Shown here: positions 50,030 to 60,706 of the stretch, in pieces | Position numbering within the stretch: the stretch's first letter is position 1 | How the letters are laid out: every line of letters starts with the position of its first letter | NCBI GenBank assembly: GCA_028023455.1 | Contig: JAQFVV010000005.1 | Location: 11,408,001 to 11,472,000 of the forward strand | DNA length: 64,000 nucleotides | Direction: 5' to 3' | Origin: Epiperipatus broadwayi | Lineage: Eukaryota; Animalia; Onychophora | Program-made: the position numbers and the translations under genes | The notes under the pieces: model-generated | The model's input: the letters and a program-made list of their open reading frames with translations, nothing else | The model's database searches: none | Told to the model about the DNA's origin: nothing

Positions 50030-52310
50030 TTGATGATCAGTTATTTTAAATAATTATATATTATATTTACAGAATTTTTAAACAGCTGAAATTATTTCTC
50101 TTTGTCGTCAAGTCGGCTGTTAATTTTCTCAGCCTTTGACAATGTCCTACACGTAAATGTCATTGCACATTCATCTTTTGCTGAGAGTTGACTAAAAACT
50201 GCTCCAATTCAACTTATTTCTGAACTGTTGTCAAAATGTACACTTAAATAGCTAAATGTCACATATCCAGACTATTTCCAGCACCATAAATAATTTTGCT
50301 TTTTCTAGCTTTTTATATCTATCAGGTATTAATATAAACAATTTATTTTAAAACTTCTTCCCATAAGTGTTTTTAAGCCAATAAACATCGCATGATCACC
50401 ATTTACTGTATGGAGAGTTTTTACATAAGGGTTTTTGCTGATGAATTCACCATCATAATAGATGATGTGATATATTGATGAAGCATTCTGATGTGTATAG
50501 TTTCTTGTATATTATCACAATGTGCTTTATTAATACTTTGTTTCACCTGCTGACTAGCTTGCTCAGCAATCTCATTGGATTCTGTTTTCCTCCCACTCAA
50601 CTAAGAAAATCTGCAGGTGTGAGAAATTCTGATGACCATGGCATGCAAAATTTCTTTAAAGAAAGTTACCAGTGAGCTAGTATTTTTCCTAGTCTATACT
50701 CTGCCCACTTTGATCTCTCTTCTACTAGAACTATAAATAAATGATTTCTGAATGAACTTCTGTATTGTATATGCAAACAAATTCCAGGTTTTTAAGCTTT
50801 GGCCATGAATTATGCTTTTTGGCAATATGTTTACCATGGATTTACATGATTGAATTTGTTTATGTACAATTCGATTTTAGGTCATCACACATAACTGTAT
50901 GCTAGAGCTTTTGTTCTAAATATACCTGGGTGACTGGTGAAGAATTTCAAGAATTTTCCGAAGATCCTTATAAAGGATTTAGGGCTTCATCCTTTATTAT
51001 TATACAAACTTTTTCATTTCAGTTTTACAGGGATTTGTGGATATTTTCAAATTGACTTCTGGATGATCCTTTTTAAATCCATTCTGTTAAGTGGAAGTCT
51101 TTAATGGTTTAGTCCAGTGTGCTGTGTTTCCATCATTAAATAATTCTGGTTTCCAACAATTTAGATAATTTATTGATACCACACTATCTTTTTTCAGTTA
51201 CACCAGATACATAAGATAGAACATTCATGTGTTAATCTGACTATCCATTTTTATCATAACTGATAAAAAATTGTACTAATGTGCCATTTTGGTAACATAC
51301 TGCTTTTTTATTTGTGAAAATACCCAACCATGGTCGATGATTAATTATTTTAAATGATTATATTGGTATTTTCAGAATGATTAGGCAGTTGAAATTATTG
51401 CTCTTTGCAATCAAGTTGACTGTTAATTTTTTTAGCCTTGTGCTCCATTCCTTCCAAACCTGTGAAGAAATGTACATTTAAATAGCTAAATGTCTATTGT
51501 TCTAAATTTTTGGAAAAAACAATCTTGTGTTTTCCAAATCCGACAATGATTTTTCCAAAGCAAATTATATAAAGGAGTGGCTACAAACATTTTATCTTTT
51601 AGAAGATTCTCAAAAAAGTTTATTAGACCCCAAAAACCTGCAATTCTTTCCCATTTTTTGGTTACTAAATATTCACAATTAATTTAATCGTTTCCAAGTC
51701 AGGTGTGACCCAAAATTTTTATTTCTCTTCCATTTCATATATACTTCTTAGTCTTTAGCTTAGCATCAAATTTCAAGAGTTGCTCACATATTTGAACTAT
51801 TATATTGCTGAACATTTTTTTCCTTATCTGTTATTACTAAAATATCAAAATATGGTGTAATACTATTCATTTTTCAGCAAAGCATCCACTTTTAATTGAA
51901 AAATGGTTGGTCTTCCTGTGCTTCCAAAAGAAAGGAATTGTGTTTAAGCAATTCTTTATGTATTAGAATAATCAGTAACATTGTTTTTTCTCTGATATTG
52001 GTATCTGGAGGAAAGTGGTATTCAGACTAAGCTTTGTGAAGAATTTAATTCAGTTTTAGCTCACTAACATTTTCCTGATATTTAAAATAGAGTATAGGCT
52101 TTTATTTAGTCACTTGTTAATATTATTCTACAGTTTCTACACTCATAAATCTGGCTATTAGATTTTAACATAATGACTATGGGGGGGATAAGCTTCCACA
52201 AGTGCTAGTATCTCTTTCTATTTAAGTTATCTAAAGCTTCTATGGTATCTTTCTTGTGTTACAGTGAACAGACTATACCCCTCTGCAGCTCTATCTTGAC
52301 AGCTATGGTA
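50030..52310 (-). mobile_element. Gypsy (Mag-like) copy 3: RT-RNaseH-integrase
   Basis: Minus strand GHPGIFRTKALAYSYV (~50934-50887) and SKWAE (~50716). It is collinear with copies 1 and 2. Confidence 0.8.
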
Positions 52311-52329
52311 TAATGATGTAAGGTAACCA

Positions 52330-52760
52330 ACCATCTCCATTAAATATGTGTTAATCCATACTGTACTGGGAAAAGTTTGGGCCTTTAATATGACACTAGG
52401 TGTTTGGATTGAAAAGAGAGTCTAATTGCTACTGCTTCGGCATGCTTTACCAAGACATGGAATTTAATCCCCATTATTAAGAGAAAATATGGGACTTGCT
52501 CAATCATCCACCTAAATATGTTGATGACTTACACAGATATCATTGACAAAACGTAATATTTCACTATTAAACACCAGCTGCATTACATAGATCCAATGTC
52601 TCACCCAAGTGATGTAAATTTTTTGGGCTGATGCGAAATACAACATCAGAACTATTGCTGTCCCATTGTGATTTTATTTGCTGAAAAATGTAACAGCAGA
52701 TTAGTAACAATGTGGACCTTTTTGTAACCTTCCTTCAGGACATTCGTGGCATTTACTGAT
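52330..52760 (+). mobile_element. Possible non-LTR RT fragment
   Basis: PPKYVDDL at ~52508-52531; otherwise decayed. Confidence 0.3.
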
Positions 52761-54583
52761 TATAGTGCACTTTCTTTTCACTTTTTCTGAAACCAGTAAG
52801 TTTTATGCTTAAAAAAAAGTCTTTATTAAATATTTTTTCATGTTTTACAGTGTTTTTATCTTGATATGGCAGCAGAATTCTAACTATTTGGACCTAAAAC
52901 TGATGCTAAATTAGAACATTTATTTTATTTCAGTATTATTTTAATATTATAAATATTTACCACTAAACATCACATGATCACCATCTCTTATGCTAGCACA
53001 TAACTGTTATTAAACAGGCAAAACTCTCCATAGAGTAGTGCCACCCTGTGCCATCCATTTACCTGTATTATAAGTATTTACTGTTGAATAGTATTTAATT
53101 TTTGTATTATTATAATTTTATATGCATTCCTGTTACACACAGCTGCAAGATAAAATTTCTTTTAATATTTATTATTTATAGTGTAATAAAGATAATATGT
53201 AGTCTAATAAAGATAAAATATTCATATAATTGTTGTTACAATGTAAAATTTCTTTTAATATTTGTTATTTGTGGAGTAATAATGATAAATTTCTGACATA
53301 TTTGAAGTGTAATAAAGTATCTATTGGTCATGTCACTTGTGTCAATAGTGGTTTAGTAGCTTCCCTGTGTTGAAAAATCTTTCAAAGCACATACCATTGT
53401 AGTATAGTTAAAATTAAATGTATACATTTTTTTTTTTTTTTGCTTTTATGTTAGTTTCGTTTTTACTTTAGTATTTTATAGTTGTATTATAAATTTAAAT
53501 ATATGTATATTGTGTATTGATATGTTTGTAATCAAGTTATATATTTTTTGGTTTAAGAAAATTTATATATGATACTTTGTTTTGTGTCTGGATAATTTTT
53601 GGTAAACAAATATAGATGATTTAAAAAATAAGATATCTTAAAAGAATTAGATAAGTGAATTATAATTTACAGAAATTATTAATTTATTAATAATTAATTA
53701 CATTGTTATTAGTTCATAAATTTCTTAGCCATGCAAAAATATCTTATGTGGATTATGATTTTTATATGTGAAAATGATATCAACAGATAAAAAATGTAAC
53801 TGGGAAGGCGAAAGCATGCACACTCACTGCTGGAGATGCTGCAAAATGGAATCAGGGGCCAGACAATCAAAATTTCAAGTCCATTAAAAGATTGGGTCTT
53901 ACCCTGTAAATATTCACCACTGAATGTGCCAAAATTAACTAGGGACTTTTGCAGGTCACATTGGCCTTATTATTATTTTACTAAGCCTTAAAACTGTGAG
54001 AATCTTGATACTGTCTTTATAGTATCTTTATATTGCTTGTATTGTTTTGGTAACTTGCTGGCTATAATAAATATCAGTTTATATTTAATCTATTTTATGA
54101 AACTCATTTATTGTCTGCTTCACTGGTCTAGCAATGATTCCAGTATTTGCAGTGTCTAGATGCAGAAAATGAACTTATGCAGTTGGACAACCTAAGGGAG
54201 ATTTAGTTATTTGGAACAATTCTAGGCTAAATTGGAAAAATTTATTTATTTAATTATTATGCTTAAACTGGGATATATAAATGACATCTGTGTTACAAAT
54301 TGCAATCAATGAGTCTAATGCTAGTTGTTCTTATAATAGGCCACTATATTTAACGATAACTGATAAACATTTTTTTATAAGTGAAACTTCTAGTAATCCC
54401 ATAAAATAGCAACTTTGCTAAATTATGGTAAGTAGAACATGATAGAAATTGCATATACTGCCTATGATTACTAAAACTGTAGAAATTATCATATGTAATG
54501 GTAGTGGAAAAATTGAATAATTATTTTAGCCCACAATGGTCAAAACATGAAGCTAATTGTATTTTTAAAACAGATGGCTAATT

Positions 54584-54695
54584 TTTTTTTTTTCATATGT
54601 CATAGCATCGGCCGGGATGCAAACCCACAACTGTCTGCAACCAACTACTTGCTTGCAAAGCGGCTGTGATGACCTCTCAGCTAACAACGCTTGAC
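54584..54695 (-). mobile_element. tRNA-derived SINE or tRNA retro-pseudogene with A-tail and 15-bp TSD AACAGATGGCTAATT (54569-54583, 54696-54710)
   Basis: Minus strand has A box TAGCTGAGAGG, B box GGTTTGCATCCC, an 86-nt cloverleaf-like body (54690-54605) and a 3' oligo(A). Confidence 0.85.
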
Positions 54696-54759
54696 AACAG
54701 ATGGCTAATTAGTTGAAACATTGCAAGATTACAATTAGGTACTGAGAGATTTAGCAAAA

Positions 54760-55520
54760 GATTGAAAATATGGAGATTTTTTGATATTTTGTTAGAACGA
54801 TTACTTTGAGAAGCTACGATGATAGACTCAGACAGCATTTAGAGATATAAATTTACAAAGAAGTAATCAAAATGAAATTAGCCCCTGAATGATAGACTCA
54901 GACAGCATTTAGAGATATAAATTTACAAAGAAGTAATCAAAATGAAATTAGCCCCTGAATTAATAATGGACCAATTTATGGTATTTTGAAATTCCAGAAT
55001 TAGCGATGAAAATAGTGTGCCAATAAATAAGTCAAAGTAAAAAACAATCAGTAAATATGAAAGGGATGGTTTACTTTTGTTGTGGAAAGAAAGGGCACAT
55101 TGCTTGTAGTTGCATGTGGAACAGAGCTGTATAGAGTTTTGGTGCAATGTTTCATAAAAATGTAAATGCTCACTCTCCCTTCCCATGATGAGGTCAAAAA
55201 TGTATGATAAAGAATTGAAATTAAATAACACTATTGTTAAAATATTAAATAAATCAGTAAACATGGAAATAGATAGAGCAGGTGTATTGATGACATTCAG
55301 AGATTAGAAATTATTAACAGTTAATTGTAAGAAATCTCACTTTTAATGACAATGAACTTAAATGCAAAAGTTGATAGTGATAATATTGTGAAAATTATGG
55401 AAAAAGTTGATGTACTATTACAATTAAAATATAAAGTTAAAAGTTATCCCTATTATAGTTAGGGAATGGTTCAATGCTTTGGGAATCAAAATCTGTATAG
55501 TAAATAAGATTACTATAAAA
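54760..55520 (+). mobile_element. Gypsy gag-protease fragment
   Basis: Zn knuckle (Y)FCCGKKGHIACSC at ~55072-55113 and MEIDRAG (DTG-like) at ~55263. Confidence 0.7.
54819..54960 (+). repeat. Perfect 70-bp tandem duplication
   Basis: ATGATAGACTCAGACAGC...GCCCCTGA occurs twice with no mismatch. Confidence 0.95.
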
Positions 55521-56929
55521 CAAGAACTAAACAATAGATTTGTAAAATTATTTTAAACTGAAGAAGGCTAGATAAATATTTCATTGGTGGTTAGTTTAGC
55601 AGGATGGAGTAACTCCTGCAGTTTATAAGTCATGGAAAATTCCTTTTTCATTTTAAGCAAAGATAAAAAAGAATTATCATAAATAGTAAAAAAATAGTTT
55701 AATAGTAAAATTGTTCACAAATAATGATTTTAGATATTTATACAAATGATGAAATTTTACTTCTAAATTTGTTTAAAAAACAAATTGAGATTTACTTGGA
55801 ATTAATTAAATAATTTAATTTTACATTAATATATATATAAAACTTAGTTCACTATATATATATAAGTTGTTCCAATATGTAGATTAACATTAATAATATA
55901 TATCTTTACCTCACTTAGTAAGGATAATTGGCTCCTCAAAACTTATTGTAAAGCAAGGGATTAAAATGGTTTTCTATGGGGAAAAATGTAGCTCATTTCT
56001 GTGGATAAAAATTATACCATAAATGTATAACAAACAATATAACAGTATATACGGTAATTTAAAAAAACTAATGTTCAATATCTGCATGTGTAAGCTGTAA
56101 CTACTGGGTATTATGAAGTTGTGTATTTAAAGTTTGTATAAATTTAAGATAATACAGTTTAAATCTATGTAAAAAGAAGAAAATCACTTATTTTATAAGT
56201 TGTTCTTTTTTTTATTTTTTATAATCCATCTATTCAGCATTATCATCCAGTTAATGAGTCATTAGTGGCTTGTTCTAAGGGTCCATCTTTCTCTTTTAAA
56301 TCTTTGGATGACTTTGGTTTTTTGGAGGTACACTCATGTTGATGTCTGAGGATCACTAATGAAAAAGTTTAGATTGAATGGTTGACTTGCTTCTTTGATT
56401 TTCAGTTTTTACAAGATCTGTATTATAAGATCCCATTCGTTGACTTAAGGTTTGATGGAGTGTTCGAAGTCAAGTCAATTTTTTTGAAAATGCTGTTCAT
56501 GGTTCTCCACAGACTTATTGATTTTCTTTTCTTCATTGTATTCCTTACCTTCACCCAATTATATTAATTTCTCATTAGTTAATTCTTTCACATGCGATAG
56601 CAAAAGTTCTTCAATGTTGTCATCATCAGTTTCTTATTGACATCTTTATCAAAAAGTGTTGGCAAAATGCTGCATTAGTTGTTAAAGTTAGTACATTTTG
56701 AAGATTGTGATAATTTTTTGAACTATAGGTTGAAGAAGTGATGTAGTGTTTAGTAGTATTAGTTGATGCTGTGATTTCAATGAAATCATCTCCTTTATTG
56801 AAAATATGTTTTTAAGCAGTTTGATTTGATTGAAATTTATAATAACAAGCAGTTATGATTTGACTGAAATTAGTGTTCATTAAGATTTTAATTTTAAATT
56901 GTTTGATTGAATATTTTAAATTATACATA

Positions 56930-57345
56930 TCAGCACACAATTTAAAATTAATTATTTATAATATATAATCAGAATTTATTTTTAGTTTTATACTGAATGA
57001 AATTTGTATTTTTTTTTCAATATTATGATTTCTTAAGTATTCTGACATTGTCATTATCTTGCATATGTTTGAAATAGATTACAAGATTATTATTTAAAAT
57101 CTAATAAGTAAACATTATTTTTTAATTTAGATTTAGTAACTGAATATTTCAGCTGTTATAGTACTGTGCACAATTAAAAATTAATTAGTACTAGTATAAT
57201 ATATGACCAAAACCTATTTTTAGTTTTACTTTGAATGAAATTTGTATTTTTTTTTTTTTTTTGGCACTGTATTTTTTTACATTTTTGATAATGCCTCCTT
57301 TGGCTTGAATGTCTTTGAAATAGATTACAATATTATGATTTAAAA
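56930..57345 (+). repeat. Diverged ~240-bp tandem duplication
   Basis: GAATGAAATTTGTATTTTT at 56995 and 57233; GAAATAGATTACAA at 57071 and 57317. Confidence 0.7.
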
Positions 57346-57789
57346 TTAAGCAAATACTATATAGTAAATGATGTTTTGCACTTATATTTAGTGTCTGTCA
57401 TTGCATAATGTATAATTTTTTTTCCTTCTCAAAATAACAATTATGGTGTCTAAATTTTATAATTACTTGCAGTGGTCATAATTTTTACTGCAAAGAAAAT
57501 AAATTTGATAAGAATTTTTAATCTAAAAAAGTGAGTGAGTCTACAGTTTTTAAGCTAATGTACACATTTAAAAATATGATATTAACTGTACATCATCAAA
57601 ATAGACTTTTGATTACTTATTAGACTGAATGAAGCATCTTTTTTTTTATACTTTTGTTGTCGTTAAACTTTTTTTTAAATATGTCATTAATTAATATATT
57701 GATTGTCTTGCAAGGACACTGGATGAAAATGTTAAGTATTATATATTAACTGTATTTTATAATAAAAGTGCTGTTTAATATTGATTATA

Positions 57790-58230
57790 CTATGTCATCA
57801 TCAATAGTATTCTGATAAATGGACAGATCCATAAAGTAACCATATCATCAATTCATCCATTTTTCCATTCCTTTGTATTCATTGCCCAGCTCTTCAATTC
57901 CATGTAACTCTTCCCTTTCTTATATAATCCAACGTCAATCTCTTCCTTTTTTTCTTTTTACTTCCACTCACCATTTCCTCTAAAACATCTTTCATTAAAA
58001 TATTATTTCTTCTTAATATATATCCATTCCAGTTTTTCTTTCTCTCATTTCCTCAATCAATCTATTCATCCAGCTGATTTTTTCTATTTTCTCGATGTCC
58101 ACATCTCAAAGGCTTCTAATCTATTCCTAATTTTATTACTTATTGTAAGATTGTAAATTAAGTATAATGTTACATTAGTTACCAAACTGGGGCTTTGAGA
58201 AAGATTATAGACTTTTACTACTCAGATTAC
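57790..58230 (-). mobile_element. RTE-clade LINE 3' fragment
   Basis: Minus strand RLEAFEMWT..ISW..GYILRRNNIL..KSYMELKSWAMNTKEWK, a typical RTE C-terminus. Confidence 0.8.
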
Positions 58231-59366
58231 ACACAGCAGCAATAAGTTGCTAAAAAATTTTTTTTACTTATTCTGATTGAATAAAATCTTGTATAAGAGT
58301 TGTTAAAGTTTAGAAAAAATTGAAAAGTAATTGAATTTGAGTGTAAATTTTGAAAAAAATCAGTTGAGAAAAATATTGATGTTATAAACAGAAAATAAGA
58401 AATAATAAGTTTAAAAATTCAAGATTAAAAAAAATCACTGTTTACTATTGTAGTAATGTAAAGAAAAGAATTAAGAGCCTGCCTAAATAAATTAAAATAA
58501 TAATGTAATTATATCAGAATTTTTTTGGAAAAATAACAAATAAAATTGAGATTGGGATAACATAAATAATAATTAGTTTTATCAAATATTAGTAAATAAA
58601 GGGTAATCATTAAGAATTAAATTTTAAATTTAATATTAAAGTAATATATATTTTTTAAATCTACATTGTTTCAACTTTTCTTGATTTATAGTTAAGAATG
58701 ATGGCTAATATGTTCATATTAATACTGTTTTTACTGATATGAAGATTTATCTTTACTAAAAAAATTATTTTTTATTAATTATTTCAAATTTTATATATAA
58801 AATAATAATGTTGTTTATTTCAATTTAATAAAAATTTTATTAGCACTCATATACAGATATTAAGTAAGTTAAAGTGTATGTTGTCGATTTTGAAACAAAT
58901 TCCTTTGTAAAAATTAATGTCAAATTTATTAAAGTATATTTTTTGAAATAGTATGCTATGTTAGAATAACAGGGTATCTAATCTTGGTTTTTGTCTAATG
59001 TGAAAATGTTTGAAGAATTATTTATATTTGGAATTTCTTATCTTAGATAAATATAATAAAATTTAATATTTAAATACAAATATATTATATATACTTTTAA
59101 GCTAGGTGAAATTAAATGGGATTTGATGGAGTGGATAACTAAAGGGAGCTTGAAAGTCTGATTCAAATCCCCTTTAAATAAAATTTAGTTATCCAGAAAA
59201 AAACAATTTATAATAACATGTAACCACTATAGCTGCCATGAATTTTGCCTTTAAAATTTTTTGAATTAAAAATAATTTATTAGTAATGTGTTTATTTATT
59301 TTATAATTTAGCATTTTTGAAAAGTTAAAAATATTAATTTGTTTACAAGCATTCCTACACAGAAAT

Positions 59367-59990
59367 ATGCAGCTGTGCAAGTTTGAGGCAGATCGAAAGA
59401 ACAACATACATCTCTACACCAAAGATCTACTACAAGCAGGCTATAAACTTCACACTATCAACAACAAAATCAAACAGTTTCATACAAAAATCACCCTTAA
59501 TAAAAACAATAATAAACTTCCATATATCACTCTTCCCCACATACCTAAAATCTCCCACCAACTAATCAAAGTTTTAGACAATAAATTTAAAATCAGCTTT
59601 CATACACCCCCTTGCACTAATCATCTCATCAATAACTCCAAGGACAAAATAGAACCTCAGACCCCCCACGTCGTTTACAGCATAACTTGCCCACAACCCG
59701 GTTGCCGCGCCATTTATTTTGGAGAAACCAAGGCAGGCACAATCACCCGGACAGCACAACACAGATACACATACAATAGAGCTATGAAAAACAACGATAA
59801 CTCATCAACATTTTTGGAACACTCCAAGAAGACTGGACATTTATTTGAACCTTCCCACCCTAAAATAGTCTGTATCGAGAAAAACGACATTAAGCGGAAG
59901 ATCAGAGAAGCGTACTACATTAATAACAATAACAACTCTATCAATAGACGCGACACCTGCTTCGACATCTCTAAACGCTGGACTATTTAG
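59367..59990 (+). CDS. C-terminal 207 aa of a PLE ORF (thumb end + GIY-YIG endonuclease), uninterrupted
   Basis: PYITLPHIP..HVVYSITCPQPGCRAIYFGETK..TR..QH..GH..KIREAYYI..INRRD..W*. Confidence 0.9.
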   Translation: MQLCKFEADRKNNIHLYTKDLLQAGYKLHTINNKIKQFHTKITLNKNNNKLPYITLPHIPKISHQLIKVLDNKFKISFHTPPCTNHLINNSKDKIEPQTPHVVYSITCPQPGCRAIYFGETKAGTITRTAQHRYTYNRAMKNNDNSSTFLEHSKKTGHLFEPSHPKIVCIEKNDIKRKIREAYYINNNNNSINRRDTCFDISKRWTI

Positions 59991-60056
59991 CCCATTTGCA
60001 TATGCTTTGCATACCACTTCTCCCGCTCCATTTTTACATTTTGCAGCTCACAGCAT

Positions 60057-60097
60057 CGCTATGAATATGAGGTAAAGCACCTCGAAAGCGCTTAGCG
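60057..60097 (+). ncRNA. A3-U8 variant minimal hammerhead (family D)
   Basis: CGCT ATGAATA T GAGGT-AAAGC-ACCTC GAAA GCGC TT AGCG: 4-bp stem I and perfect 5-bp stem II. Predicted cleavage 60093/60094. Confidence 0.75.
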
Positions 60098-60706
60098 TAT
60101 ATTAATTCCTGTATATTATTATAGCTTCACATTCAAGCGTGACATACGCTTAATTGGTTTATAAATTACATAAATTAAATAAAAGATTGGAGAAAATGGT
60201 TAATAATAAAATTATTTTTGAAAGCTGAGACTATACTAATTTAATTTATTATAAAGAAATTTATATAAAATTTGAAATAGAATAATTATAATTTTAGTAA
60301 TAAGTTTATGTATTTTTTGTATAATGGTTTTATAAGAAAAATTAAAGTACCAACTCAAGTTAACTGATCTAAATTTATATTTATTATTGCAAAATATAAG
60401 TTAATATAAATTTTGAAGTGAAATGCTTACAAAATTAATGATGTGTAGTCTGTTACTTTAGATAATTTAAAAAATTTAAAGGGATATTAATATATTAGCA
60501 ATAATGTGTTACTCAATTTGTTTCAGCAAAAATAGAAGAAAATCAAATAAATAAAGGAAAAAGAATAAAATTTCATTTATATAATTAAATATAATATATA
60601 ATAATTAAGTTATATCATTCATATAACAGAATAGTTAAAGTAAGATTTACTTTTTAAGAAATGATTTGAGTATTTGTTCATAGGGTTTCTATTTCTGAGT
60701 ATTTAG

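Larger units (their letters stand above)
59345..60160 (+). mobile_element. PLE family D, 5'-truncated, no inverted arm seen
   Basis: Thumb-linker-GIY-YIG ORF, then a 3' UTR with the variant hammerhead. It is C/A-rich relative to its flanks. Confidence 0.9.

Noticed and set aside
56346-56370. CTGAGGA..GAAA
   Set aside because: The 8-nt spacer cannot form stem II, and there is no stem III or stem I.
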